From Marsupella aquatica (taxonomy: Eukaryota; Plantae; Marchantiophyta), in contig OZ316898.1 of NCBI GenBank assembly GCA_973895155.1, positions 14,166,330-14,230,329 of the forward strand: 64,000 nucleotides of DNA. Direction: 5' to 3'. The position numbers and the translations under genes are program-made. Each line of letters starts with the position of its first letter. Positions within the stretch are counted from its first letter, which is position 1. Shown piece after piece: positions 25,158-38,929 of this stretch. The notes under the pieces are model-generated. The model ran no database searches. It saw only the letters and a list, made by a program, of their open reading frames with translations, and was not told where the DNA came from.

Positions 25158-26578
25158 ATGAATTCGAGTGATGATGCTACTCCGGATAATTCCCCTCGCA
25201 ATTCACCTCGGATTCTTCCCCCTCCCAAGGCCAAAAGGCAGCCTGCGGCGAGACCCAGGAAACCTCAACCTCGACCTACGAATGATTTAGTTCTGAAAAT
25301 CAAGCCTCCAGGTAGTATTTCCTCTCAAAGTTTTACAAGCTTACTTTACATTTGTTTATTACTCGAGTTATAAGGTTTTGGATTGATACCATATCTCCTC
25401 ACATGGAGTAATACATTAGCTTGAAACAAGAAGAGAAGATTGGGTTTATTTCATGTCTTACCGTGACAAAAAATGATGCGAGTGCCGACTTTCAAATGCT
25501 TACAAATTGCTCCTGTCTGTTGCTTCAACCAGTCACAAAACCTCGCAGTTCTGCAAATGTGCTGCCAAGGAAAAGGACATTTCAGACAGAGAGGCTTCAC
25601 GTGGAGGACCAGTTTGTGGAAGAAACTGACCTAGAGAGGTATTATGTAGAGGAACCTCCTGCCCAGAAGCATCGGATGAAGAAGCCTCGTGTTGAGAAAC
25701 CTGTTCCCTTTGTGGAGGACATTGATTTAGAAAGGCATTATGTTGAGGAACCGCCTGCTGAGAAGCCTCGGATAAAGAAGGCTCGTGTTGAGAAGCCTGT
25801 ACCCTACGTGGACGAATACGATATAGAACGGCATTTTGTTGAGGAACTTCCGGCTGAAAAACCTCGGGTGAAGAAGCCTCGTGTTGAGAAGCCTCGAGTT
25901 GAAAAGTCTGTTGTGGTGAAGGCTCGCGTTGAGAAGCCTCCCCGTATTGAGAAGACTCGACTTGACAAGTCACAAGCTGTGAAGCCAGAAGTTGAGAAGT
26001 TCCATGGTGAGAAGCATCCCCGTATTGAGAAGTTTCATGTAGAAAAGCCTCGTGTTGAGAAACCCAAAATCGAACAGCCACGTATCGAGAAGCCTCGCTT
26101 CGAGCAGCCACGAATTGAGAAGCCTCAGTTGCACCAGCATCAGAAGAAGCCAAAAGTAAAATTACCCAAAGCTGCTGCTGTAGTTGTCCCCAAGCCACCA
26201 AAGCAGTCCAAGCAAAAGGTGGTCCCTACACAGCAGCAATACCCGGATTCGGATTGGGAGGTGCAGGAGGCGCAGATTGATCGGAATAGAGCTTTTCAAC
26301 AGGAGTATGATCGGAATGCTCTCAAACAGGCAGCTAAACAATTGGAGGATTTGGTAGAGGCAACGGCAGCGATGATGGATGAGGTGCAAAAAGAGGACGA
26401 CGAATCGGAGAGATTGGAGGAGGAAAAGAATAGGTTGTTGGATGAGTTGCTGGTTTGGGAAGGTCTTACTGACAGTCCCTATCCTACCTTCAATCCCTAT
26501 CGTTCCTTCATTCCTGTGCCCCCGACAAAGACAAAGGTCAAGCGGGTAAGGAAAGCAAATGTTCCTCCCATGCATTGA
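25158..26578 (+). CDS. ~399-aa Lys/Pro/Glu-rich repeat protein with C-terminal coiled coil, possibly INO80E/TFPT/Iec3-like; exons 25158-25311 and 25533-26578
   Basis: A phase-1 GT-AG intron joins the two ORFs in frame with no lesions. It has three ~30-aa repeats and many (V/I)EKPR units; the C-terminus reads RLEEEKNRLLDELLVWE. A CpG-rich, CT-rich leader region lies at ~23600-24400. Confidence 0.8.
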
Positions 26579-27792
26579 GTGCTTAAGTCAAGGTAGTGTG
26601 TTGTTGGCAAACGTGTGCACGAGTCCCTCCATTGTGTCACTTATTTCTGACATGCCTTTTCAAAGAGCTCTTCGTCCGTGATGTCAAGACAGAGGAGTTT
26701 GAGTTTCTAGTTAAGCACCAGCACGTTATTGGGAATGTGGCTATTCCAGAAGTTGCGAGGATGTTTCTGCACGCTGTCCCATTATCTTTTAGCTCGTGCT
26801 TGAGGAAATGATTCTTCTGGTTGCCCGCGGTGCCTATCTCGTGTTTGAAGAAGATTTTTGGTGGGTACTGTTGTATTTCTCACGGTTGTAAGTGAAAAGA
26901 TTGATTGCGTTGAGGAATTTTAGTGGTGGTTGAATTGAACAGTTCTTTGAGACGTTGATGTAGCTGTCCAGCCTCCTATAATTGTGCTCTCAGAAATCAA
27001 GTTATGGAAGTTGAGAAGAAAAATTATAATTAGAAGACTGAGATGCTTGTTCCATTTATACGTTCCATCTATACGTCAGTGAAAGCAGATCTTTGACTCG
27101 AGTTCACCTGGCTTTGGGAATTTTAAAGCTGTCCTTGTATCTCTCGGAAGGTTCATCTGCATCGCTTAGATGTTGATGACCAGTTAATGTCTCTGATACG
27201 TTCATAGTTATGCTACTATTCTAGTCTCAGCCGTGACATCAACTCATGAAGGGCGTCTGTTCACAGGACAGTGTACAGGTGATCTCCATTGTACGATTTC
27301 ACTCATTCGGTGAAGCGAGCTTTCAGCAGTGGGGTTAATGTAGAGAGTTCCGATAGGTCTTCTTGTTATGCTTGGTTTGACATTATCAGTGTGTGCCCCT
27401 GGAATAAACTCCTGATTTTTAATAATGAAGTAGCCTGACCTTATGATGCTTTTTGAAAGTGATGTTCCCATGGAGCCATGAGCCAGGCAACTTGGTGAGT
27501 GACATCTTTTACACTACTTCTTGACATCTGGCCAACCCATGGACTGTGACATCGTTTACACTTCACTCATTCACAGCCTTCTGGTCTCCAAAAGCCCTGA
27601 AGTTACATTTTTTACAGATCACTCCAGTGTCCACCCCCATGTTCAATTAGTGAGGGAAAAATTCGAGGGACACCAAAATTAGTGACTCACTAAATTGTGT
27701 ACAATATGTTTTTAGCAGGAATCCTACTAATTATGTTTTAAGTCTCTATTTACGAGCAATGAAAGTGATGACAAAAGAACAATTCCAGGTAA

Positions 27793-27906
27793 CAGGATAC
27801 CACACTATCAAATCACACCAGAGTGGAGCATGTCAATGAGATAGGACCCAGGATACCACACTATCAAATCACACCAGAGTGGAGCATGTCAATGAGATAG
27901 GACCCA
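27793..27906 (+). repeat. ~56-bp perfect tandem duplication
   Basis: CAGGATACCACACTATCAAATCACACCAGAGTGGAGCATGTCAATGAGATAGGACC twice. Confidence 0.9.
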
Positions 27907-28947
27907 CGACAACTCCAGATGTCAATGCTGCGTTACTAAACTGTACAAGACTGGCACTGACATCATGGGAGAAGGCCACAAAAAGAAGTGTTTGCAAACA
28001 CAAGCCTCAGTGCTGGTATCACTACATGGTTACCCAAACATCCAAGAAAGACCTCAGCATGTTAGCTTAGTTGTGCCTTACTGATTGTATAGAAAGCACT
28101 TTTCAAATCAAAAGAATCCAAGAAACCACACAAACAAGTGAAATTTAATCCTTACCTGCACACGGTTAGTTTCTCTGTCCAGGAAATGGTCATTCCACAC
28201 ACAGGAATAGCAAGGGTGCATGACCTTGCTAGCCACACGTAATTTAAGTAGAAGTCCACCCAGGGTGTACTATGCTTGGAGCTCTATCTATACTTGAGGA
28301 GAAGAAAGACTACATTGATTTAGTGATTGAGGCACAAAGGACGGTGACAATATGGTGTTATGGCCAAGTCCCTACACACAGTTTGACAGAGGGACAAAGG
28401 GAGGGACAAACACCACTTGTTCTCATCTTCAATGGCGTAAAGCTTGTAAATATTTGGGGGATAGGAAGCAGAGCGCTAAACAATTCTATTATTTACAGAG
28501 AACTGCATGTGTGAACATCTAATTTCCGATCTTGCAACTATTGCTCTGACCAAGAAACTAAAGCACCCTACCAATTGTCAATCTAGCAACTAGTGCATGA
28601 CCAAGAACTAAAAACATAGTGACGGACCAGACGTTTTGCCCACGGTGGAAAAAAATTCTAAGGCAAAAATGTATTGGATACGGAATTGGTATTCCCTCTA
28701 AAAACCCAGATTTTAGATTTTGAAAATGAAAAAAAACGACTTGAATCCGAAGTAGGGATACGGCGTATCCCATTTTGGATCCCACCGCGATTTTCCCCCC
28801 AAAAAACTAACAAACGCAGTAAAAAGGGCAAGGTTGGTTTACCCATCAAGAATATTGATTTCCTAGAAAATTCTTTTTAACGGTAAATTTTAACCATCTG
28901 CGATGAAACTGCGGTTAGAAATTGACCACGGTCGGGGGGGGGGGGAA

Positions 28948-28960
28948 CTATAAATAGGAG
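28948..28960 (+). promoter_or_regulatory. TATA-box-like motif followed by a pyrimidine-rich tract inside the non-autonomous element
   Basis: CTATAAATAG, then CT-rich sequence at 28975-29020. Confidence 0.35.
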
Positions 28961-31129
28961 AGCCCCGGCTTAAATCTTTCCCTCATTTCTTCTCGCTCTC
29001 GCATCCTCTTGCTCCCCGGGAATCCACACTCTCTATGCAAATTCGTATCCACCCTGAATCAGACTGGAAGAACATGTGAGAATGATATATCTTTTTGGAA
29101 ATGATGAGGACAAATCTCAAATTGATTTAATCTTCAAAAATCCAGTTTGGGTGTCATAAACTTGAGAAAATGAGGTTGGATGCGAAGTGGGATACCCACC
29201 TCTAAATATGAAGCATTTAGGTGCAAAATGCAAGAAATTCAAGGTTGAATGCAAAATGGGATACCGCATATCCCGTTTCGGATTCAACCGATGAATCACA
29301 CGCATTTTAGAATCAAAAGATAGAAAATTCAAATGAATGTTGAATGCGAAGTGGGATACCAGGTATCCCGTTTGGTATTCAACCTTTGATTATCTCTCAC
29401 GTTAGGTCTAAAAGGTAGAGGTTGAATGTGAAGTGGGATATTGTGTCTCCCATTGGGTATCTCACAATAAACATAGTGACAAACCAAATGAGAAGTGAGA
29501 ATGCACAAGCCGTAAGTTCAAGAGTTGAATATGAAATGGGATACCACGTATCCCACTTCGGATTCAATCCAAGGATATGAGGATTTTGGAATGCACAAAC
29601 CATAAATTGAGAAATTCAATCCAAAGCTAGTGAATACCGGGTAATTCTTAACTTTGAGCCCCTAAGTTTTCAATTAATTTTTCAAAATCAAATCCAAAGA
29701 CCCTATCTAGCTACGTGAGAGTCTTGAAACTATCTAAATTCATACTTAACATCTTCATCACTAGTTGTGACAAGAATTGATATGTTTCTATGCGTAACTC
29801 AATCAAATTCAAATAGTGGATTGAAAAGATTCCATCATAGCACATTAAATTGGTTCATAAAGAGTCCAAAACGATGAAAAATTGACTAAGATATGATCAA
29901 ATCAAGTTGTGGGGTGAAATTACAAAATTACAAAAACTTAAGTTTGTACCCTCTCATGCTTTGGAAGCCATATCTTTGTCAGTATTTATCAAAATTCCTT
30001 ATAATTGATACCGTTAGAAAGAAGAGCTTGAGCTGCTTCATTCGGCGCTACAAAAATAGAAAAAGAAAAACTTTGAGACCAAGTGAAATCTAGCAAAAAA
30101 TCATATTGCATTTCTAAAAAGATCAACAAATGATGAAAACTTTAAGAGGAATACCACTTAGTGGGATACTAGGTATCCCATTTGGTATTCAAACATGTTA
30201 TTTCACAAATCTAGAAAGGAAAAAGTCATAAAAACTTGTATGAATACCAAGTGGGATCCATGGATCCCACATTTAGTATAAGAACATGTTGTTTTATCCC
30301 ATTTGGTATAAGAACATGTTATTTTACAAATCAAGAACTTTACAAAGAGTCCCGGGGTCCTCACTTAATTACTTCCGACCCATCATGCGCGAATAAGTAT
30401 AGGGTTTTTTAATTCCATTTTGCAGAATACTTAAGAAGTTTTGTGCAAGAACTTTAGGGGTTCATAAATACATTTTGCAACTTTGAAGTACAATAGGGGT
30501 GCTAAAACATCAATTCTTCAATATAAGTTGTAAGTTTAAGATAGGGCATATTATTCAATAAAATATATGGGCAACACGCGTCAATTTTTAACTGGTCCAC
30601 ATGGCACTTCCTTGCATAAAGCTGGTTTAGGGGCAACATGTGGATTTCATGGCCAAAGTTTGAGAGCAAAATTCAAATTGTGAATGTGAGCGGGAGGTAT
30701 ACAGTGAGGGGGAAAGGGCGAGGATCATGGGAGCAGGTCGGGGGCCACTTAGGGCCATTGATCCAGTAGTATAGTGCCGTTTGGGGTAACATCGTGTGGC
30801 CATGCATTGGCCCACCCCGTCCATCAAGGAGTCCATTTGATGTTAGTCGCTGCGGCTGTCTAGGGTCTAATTTAGGGTAAAATGGGAAGCCATCCATCCA
30901 TCCGTTTGTCGGGCCATCGATTGGCTATCGTTTGCCCTGGCAGTTTAGGCTAATGCGCAAACTTCTGATTGCTGCGTCATCTGAAGGAAAAAATTTCAGG
31001 GTGAGTTGGGGGAGTCTGGGGCTCGATGCTGCCTCGATACTTTTCCAATGCATTCATGCTGCAGGGCGCTATGATCGTGCTCGATTGACATTGACATTGG
31101 GACTTTGATTGGGCAAGGCACTATTGGGC

Positions 31130-31475
31130 AAGGCTATGATCAATCGGAGGGGGGGGAGCGACTCTGGATCAAGCTGCTGTGATCGATCGGGAGGGGGACT
31201 CAAGATCAAGCTACAACGATCGATTGGGAGGCGGCTGTGATCGGGGGTGATATTTGATTGGGCTGCTGTCGAGGCTACTGTGATCAGGCGAAGCTGTGAT
31301 CAGGCTACTTTAGATCGGGCTGCTATGATCAGGAGGCAGTTTTGAGTTTGGCTACTGTGATCCGCTGCTGTGATCGGGCTGCTGTGATCGGGCTGCTGTG
31401 ATCGAGGGCAAATCTGTGATCGGGTGCAGCTGTGATTGGCCGAGTTTGGATCTGCCATGGTGCTGTGATCAGGCA
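31130..31475 (+). repeat. GCTGTGATCGGGCT-like short tandem array in the 5' region of the P-like element
   Basis: About 15 imperfect CTGTGATC copies. Confidence 0.8.
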
Positions 31476-31573
31476 AGAGCGCATAGGGTGAACTGCGGCT
31501 AGGTGTGAGTGCACACAGTGAGCCAATAGAGCTTGGTTGGGTGCGCCTAAGTTATTATGCTGCAGGTACGTAC

Positions 31574-31870
31574 CTCGGGGGTTTCACTTCCACAAAAATG
31601 GCATATCACGTGCGACGAAGGATAGGGTCATTTTATTGGTTCTAAGGGAAGACTTAAGAATTTTTGTAGAAGAACAATAGGGTCTTTTAAATTCAATTTT
31701 GAGACTTATAAGAACATTAGGGTATTTTTAATCCAATTTTTAGAATATTCCAAGAATATTCCAACTTTATAGAGGTTAAAAAATAATATTTTTTTCTTAC
31801 ATTTTAGGGGGTCTGAGGCCTAAAAACGTCGCAGGCGATGGGGAGGTCCCCATATAGTGAGACCCCCGAG
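31574..31870 (+). mobile_element. 297-bp MITE, CTCGGGGG-TIR family (best-preserved copy)
   Basis: TIR CTCGGGGGTYTCACT; perfect TSD GTACGTAC (31566-31573, 31871-31878). Confidence 0.92.
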
Positions 31871-32656
31871 GTACGTACTTTAATCTGGTGGAGTTTTCTA
31901 TTTCTCTCTCTTGGTGCTTTTGAACTGCTAGTGTTGTCCCGGTGTTGTCATGTTCATCGTTCTCCATTTGCACTCGTGAAGGTAAGGACAGGGCTCATTC
32001 GTCCGCATGTCTTTGAACTTTAGTTGCTACGAATGCACCCCACTTTGCTTCCTTGTCATTTGAAAGATCTGTCACCTTCTTCTTTGCAAAGAACCTCTCT
32101 TACCTTGCATCTCATCGTTGCTTTGATCAAATTAGAAGGCTGTCTACTACCATGCATCTCATTGTTGCCACCAGACTGAAGATCCTCTATTACCACGTAG
32201 CTTCATATATTGATGATTTAAAAAACACTAATGCAATCTGTACATATACCATGGCAGTATATAAAACATGAATAGAAAATCATGCAATATGAAATCTGGA
32301 GAGCAAAGAAGAGGAATATCATCCTAACTGTGTAGGCTATCAGTACACAGACCTTAATAATCTCTTCCAGAAGGTCCTTGATGTGCATAATGTGAACTTG
32401 TTCTATGATTAATTGGGTTACAAAGGTGAAATCTGCCCCCTTCCCAGTGAGGCATTTGCAGTGCCCTTGATTAGCAGCAGCTGCCTTGGCTTTGTCACTT
32501 CAGTTTGAAGACAAAAGCAGATCATTGAACACTTCACCATAATGCCAAATAACTACAGTAGACAGAAAAGAAGTATTATCGGACAAAACATTTTAACTCA
32601 CAAATAAATATGCACAAAGGGTAATTAAACCTCAGATGTCTCCCATTCTTGCTCAG

Positions 32657-32683
32657 AACCCTAAACCCTAAACCCTAAACCCT
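32657..32683 (+). repeat. Interstitial plant telomere-type repeat (AAACCCT)n
   Basis: AACCCTAAACCCTAAACCCTAAACCCT; similar tracts at ~5405 and ~60795. Confidence 0.85.
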
Positions 32684-33460
32684 GGAGTTTCATAGGCTGT
32701 CGAAGTCACTTGAGGCTCTCACATCCATTTGGCACTGTGATCTGCAGCTTGTCAAACAAGAAGAGGAAAGTGCAGCTTGTTCAGCCTGATCTGTTTAAAG
32801 TCTATAACCTAGAACCAATAGTTGCCAACTGAGGTATGTTAAGTTCTGGCTCAGACAACTTGAATGGCCAGTTTTGTTTCATGGTTAACTTATATCCATA
32901 TTTCCATGCTTGACTGCAATTATGTGTTGTATGTACAAGTTTGCTAGTGTGCCTTCTTCTTCTCCTTCTTCCTCTAGTGTATTTGGTCTTATTGAATGTT
33001 TTATTGTAGATCTTCATGTCCCAGTCGTCCTTTCTCTATTCAGTCTCCTCCAAGGAATCAATTTCCAGCAGGAATGCACTTGGCTTGAGTTTATTTCCTT
33101 GAGCTCAGACAGCCAGCTTTTTCAGCTATTAATATGCTAGACTCGACTCTTCTTGCAGGATGGATTTGTTTAGGGTGTAGTGGAAGCATCTCAGCGAGCA
33201 TCTCACAAGCTTCAGCAATATACAGTCAAGGTTCACGTTCAAAAATTGTGGAAGGAGCAGACCTCAATCAACTATCACCACTTGCTGCATCTCGAGTTCC
33301 ATTAGAGATTAAAGGTATGCTTATGTTAAAGATGCTGTCAATAACTATGAATCTGCTGTTCAATGTAGAATGGATGTTGAGGGGATGCAAAATGGATGCC
33401 GAGTGAATGCATCTGTACGTTGTGCTTTTTGACATATTTTCCCATAAGGAGAACCACCGC

Positions 33461-34073
33461 ATGGATCCCCCTTGCTGTTTCTTTTGTGATGAGACGGATG
33501 ATGTGGTCTTTTGTGATGGGCCTTGTAGTAGACATTTTCACTTTGTTGGTGAAAAAGGTATGCAGGGACCTGCTTGCACTCCTGTAACATTGCCTAAAAA
33601 CAATGACTGGAGGGCACCATGGGTTTGTGAATTGTGTGCTGCCAGCAGAGCTAGATGCTTTGCTTGTGGACTCATTGGCAGATTTGAACATCCCACAGCA
33701 CAAGAATCTCTTGTGCTCCATTGTGCCCATCCTGATTGCTTTTCTCATTACCATCCTGGCTGCCTTAGGGTGCTACTTGTGGTTGGGGCACTGCCTCAAA
33801 GGTCTCATCCAGCAAGTCCAAACAGCCTAATGTGCCCAAGGCAATTTTTGTGAGTACTGTAAAGTGTACAAGGATGGTATTAAAGACTTTGTACAGTGTC
33901 GGAGGTGCCCTCGCAGTTGGTGTCATGATGAGACACCTGGGGGGGTGAAGCACCTCAGGAGGTGTGTGAAGGGCAGGGACCATTGGGATGTGGAAGGGTG
34001 GCGTTTTATTTATTGTAATAGGCATGCAAAACCTGAGGGGGAAGTGGTTCCTGTGCAGCCTCATACCTCTTAG
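33461..34073 (+). pseudogene. EDM2/NSD-type composite PHD-finger ORF with a 1-bp frameshift near 33848
   Basis: CFFCD...FCDGPCSRHFH...C...WVCELC....RCFACG...HCAHPDCFSHYHPGC...MCPRQF/CEYC...FVQCRRCPRSW...W...RFIYCNRH follows the EDM2 PHD cysteine/histidine spacing. Confidence 0.8.
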
Positions 34074-34355
34074 AGGCTATGAGATATGTTGGTAGAATTG
34101 CTTTGGTAAAGGCTTGGTACAAATCAAGCGAACTTATTCATTGGACTAATCACATGTGAACAATGATAGCAAGATTTGTTGTTCTTGCCTGGTCTTCAAA
34201 TTTGGATACCAAAACCTTTTTTGAAGTATTTTGGAGTAATCTCTAATACTATTTGTATTGTTTTGTTCACTGTGCTATATGGCAGGTTCCTTATGTGACT
34301 GTGAAAATCGTATATAGAACCCTTGATGCTTTAACCTGAACAAATTGATTGAAAT

Positions 34356-37300
34356 GGCTTCCCAATTTGTAAAGCTACTTCACAAGAAAAGGGATGTGGT
34401 GACTGATGGGAAAGATGAAGAACCTATAGCTGTGTTGGCCTTCAAAGAAGGACAAACTTTGGCTGATTTCCGAAACCGAATTCCTGATTTGGTTGATTTT
34501 GATTTTGATTTCTGGGATTATAGGCTTCCTGGTCGAATGAAGGTCAAGAGTGAGAAAATGACTGAGCTGTCTGAATTGGATGGAAAAGTTGCTGTCATTG
34601 AACAAATTGGATCCTTGCCTACTGGCAGGGCAGAGTTTCCATCAGTTTCTGTTGCTGTCACCCAATCAGTTGCAGTGGATTCTTCACAGGGTGAACAGTT
34701 GCAAGAAATTCCCCCTGTGAGAGCTTCTTTTGAGTCTATTTTGATGTCTAAGGCAGCTATCAAAGTTTGGAATGATGAATTTATAAGACTAGAAAAGTGG
34801 ATTCACAAGAATGGTTATAAAAATCATAATTGGAGGATTCGAACATGGGATGATGGACAGGATGTGAGAGGCCATCTAGAGTGTCTTGAGTGCAGAGTGG
34901 TCTATGGGAGAGCAGACAATTCCCAAGATAGGAAGTCAATTGCTAATCTATTTAGCAATTTTAAGACCAAGCACCTTGCCTTTGCTAAACACAAAGATAG
35001 TTACTGCAGGAGAAGGGGTATTGCTATGATTGGGGTGAAGCCCTCAGATCTTGCACAGAAGCCTGAGTTTGATTATGAGGGGGCTATAGCAACTGGCCTA
35101 GAGATAGTAAAGAATCCGAATGTTGAGTGTGGAGGTGATGATGAGCTATTTCATGTGCCCCCTGTGCCTGGATTAGCCAATAATGCAAACAAGTGGTTCC
35201 TTTATAAGGTTCGTTGTAAAATCTGTGGGACAATCATGGATTTGGTTTGTAAGAAAGGGACTTTGGATCACAACCTGAGGACCCACTTGGTCAGTCGGGG
35301 TCACTTGGATGTAGTTGAAGCCAGAGAAAATACTGTTGAACTTGCATTGAGATCTGGAAAGAGGGGCAGACCAAGGAAGCCAGATGAGAGGGATCAACAT
35401 CCTTCACAGAATTCAATTTTAAAATTCTTCAAGGAGGATGCTTCCAATGCAAGCAGCAGCTCTGATACAGGTGGGTCTATAGACATTGATGTGGGCTTAA
35501 GTTTGCTCTGTTGGGGAATATGGGATGAATGTGTAAGAGTGGAAGAATGTGAAGTATGCTATGAAGGGTATCTTGCATGATGAGCGTGGTGGACATGTAT
35601 GGGATTTAGATGCTGCAGTCTCTATTGATGTCTACAATCCTAGCACAAGTTCTATTGTACATATAAAAGGACTATTTAGGCATAGAGATTGCTCTAGGCT
35701 GTCCTTGTACGGTGGGGGATTTCTGAACCTAACTTGCAGTAGATGTCATGCTATAACACTAGAAGATGACTTTCGTGGGCGGGTGCACAGGGAAGCAGAG
35801 GCTTTAGCAAAGAGAGGGGAAAGAAGCACAGAGGGTGGTTTGAATGCACGTTATTTGACACGTCCAGAGTTGACCACACAGCTGCATGGTTTGAATGTTA
35901 AGAGAAGAAAGGAGAGATGGTTGTTGGCACTATAGACTCAGAAAGTGTGTGCCCTTAGTACTAGGAAGAGAAAATTGCAGGAACTGTTAGGAGTAGCTGC
36001 AAACACAAAAAAGATTTGAGACTTTTTCTAAGGAGTATTGTCAATGGTCATAGGAATGGTGCATTTGGTGGAAAAGAAGTTCTGTGGGATTTCTTGAAGG
36101 ATGTAGGTAGAAATTTGGAGAGAAGTGCAAGGGGGTTTCGCTACAGTCAGAAAACAAAAGCCATAGCTCAAGCTATGTTTCAATATGGGGGCCGGCAGGT
36201 GGCCCATGTTTTTGCAAGGAACTTAGCTGGGCCAAGCCTGAAGACACTAAAACGAGATAGAGCAAAATTTATTCAATTTCGTGCTGGAATCAGGCCAAAA
36301 ACATTCAAAGAGGTGGCTAGAATTTTGTCTGCTGCAAAGGAGATGTTGGGAATTCAAGGGGATGTACCTGTCATGCTTGCAGAGGATGAAACCAGGATCA
36401 AGGAAAGCCCAAGGTATGTTTGCATATTATAGCACATAATGATGCAATTGGAGTTGAAGACTATTTGTGAGACATATAGTTCTATGAACTCTTTGGAACT
36501 GACTTCATTAACATTGGGCTCTCTGCAGGTGGGAGGCCAAATATGACACTTTGATTGGCTTCTGTGGCCATAAGGATGGGCACACTTGTGAATTTGGATT
36601 AGAAATTCTTGTAGGTGACGGTGAGGATGGCTATAACAAGATTGTAAACACATTTCAGGATTTTAACAAGGGCATGTATGCTAGAGTTGTCATTGTGAAT
36701 CCATTGCATGTTGGAATGCCAAAGTTGGCCCTTTGTGCTATATCAACCTGTAACAAATTCAAGGCAGAATGGGTATGAGAGCATTGGGTGCAATTGAAGG
36801 AATCTTGGGATGTGCATTGTAGAGACTGTGTAGGTCCTTTGCTTGGGCATGCTAGTGATGGTGATGCAAGACGCAGGAAATTGATGTTAGAAGACTACAA
36901 AGGAGCAAATTGCTCTTACCCTAGATTTTTTGTAGGGTGGGAAGGATGGCCTTACTCAGTTGCCATATTGCCTAATGGGGACCTCTATGGTTTTGGTGAT
37001 CAAGACCAACCTCACAATGGGAAAAAGTTGATTAACCCACTAGATCGAGTGTCCTCAATAATGGCACTTGGAGACCAACATGCTTCTCTGTTTCATGTTT
37101 GTAATGTGTATAATCATTACCCAATTCATCAACATGGATTGAATTGGGATGATGTGAACAGATCTGACCGTCAGAATTGGGCTGGTCCTTAGAGGATAGC
37201 ATCAGACAAGGTGCATGAATGTTTAACAGATCTACATGCAAGAACTGATATGTTGTATGAACGAAGCTTGGGGACAGAGTTGTATCTGCAGATCTGTGCA

Positions 37301-38929
37301 GATTATATTGACATTTTCTACTCCCAGAGACATGATCTAAGGACTAGAGTGAAACTGGCAGGCAAAGTTTCTTGGTTCTTTCGACTGTGGAGGTTGTGGT
37401 TAAGGTATGGTGATCATGCTGTAGGTGGAAATGTTGCTTCACATACAGAGAAAAATATGATTTCAATCCAAGCTTTTCATGATGTTAATATGTCTTGCCA
37501 GTTCATTGTGTTGCTTATATGTGCATTTCGTGATAAATTTTCTCGCTTATGTATTCCATTTCATGAGTTGGGTTCTGATTGTTGTGAGATCTTTTTCAGC
37601 AAGGTAGGTGGAATGAGTGGCCATGAGAGGAATTATGATTTTGGCTCTTTGGTAGATAGTGCTGTTGGGTTGAATCGTCTTGCTGGATTAGAATGTGGAC
37701 CAGAGGGCTTGAAAGTAGCTCGATCACATAAGAAGCAAGATCATGTGTGGGCCAAGCTTCATCCTTTACTTGAAGGTGAAGATGCACCTAATCTTTTTGA
37801 TTACTCTGAAGTGCAAACTAATGAGTTGGTGGTTGTAGCCTTGAAAGAAGGATTTGAAGAAGCAAAAGAGCTCCTTAGAAGGTTGCCAATGTCTCCCCGA
37901 AGTGATCTGCCAGCATCAAGAAAGTGGTGGTGGACTCACCCTTGGCATGTGGAAGTTGAAACATGGCCAGATTCAGCTGTCATAGCAGAGGCAGTTATTG
38001 TTGACGATTCTGAAGACCATGTAGAGCATAGATCTCCAATTGGACCTCGTCCAGAAGGAGAGTTTCATGAATTTGAAGACCCTGAGAAAGATCTAAATCG
38101 AATTGATGCATGGTTGACAGATGAGCTAACCATTCCTGATGATGTTTTGCAGGATGGGGCTGAGTTAGATGTACCAGAATCTCATTCTGTAGAGGTAGAT
38201 ACTTTGGGGCATGAGGTTCGTCATGTGTTGTCTTCTGTTGTGGTTGATCTTACAGAGTCTATTCAGAGCCCTCTACAAGAAAAGAGGAAGGTGCCTACAG
38301 TTACCTATGAAGGCAGAACAATTTACAAATCTACTTTGGTGAGTCAACTAGTGGGCAACCCTCATTTGTCCAAGGATAGGCTCACAAGGGTGAAACAAGT
38401 GGCATATTATAACCTTGGTAAGAGGAAACAATGTGATCCAAATACTGTGACCTGTTTTGTTGATGTTGGGAGTGATTGTGGAGTAGCATTTGAATGTGCT
38501 AATGCTGCAGGCCCTTCTACAAGATCAAAGAAGGGGAAAGGTAAGGGAAGAGGTAAAGCTAGGACTCAGGAACCAGAAGTTCAAGCCAAGAAAGAATTTT
38601 GGCTTGGTCGGATTATGATGATGAGACAGAAAGTTAAGGGACAATGGACTAGAGTGAGATCTGCTATTGATTTGCTTGACAGGCCTACACCTCCTCATGG
38701 ACACATAGGGACTATTTGTCAGTTTTTATTTAATTGGTATAAGCCAACAAGCTCAAGCAAGGTTGAATTCACTTATGATACGACTGATTTACAATGGATT
38801 GATATAGAAATGGTGATGACTAATGTTACTCTGACCATGAAACAAGGGATTGGCTTAGTGTATGTGTTAGATCGTGTTGACAAACAAGCTTTGGATAATT
38901 ATCTAGAGACTATGTCTAGAGTTGAATGA
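34356..38929 (+). pseudogene. DDE transposase of the P/THAP9-like (DxxH) type with two N-terminal C2H2-like Zn fingers and an AT-hook; intron ~36414-36528
   Basis: Motifs in order: LAEDETRIK, GHASDGD, DQPHNGKK, DRQN, GSDCCEIFFS. Also CLEC..H..H, CKIC..H...H and KRGRPRK. In-frame stops at ~35933, 36776 and 37190, plus 2 frameshifts. Confidence 0.8.

Noticed and set aside
25533-26575. Antisense ORFs of 222 and 137 aa
   Set aside because: They are shadows of the repetitive plus-strand CDS.
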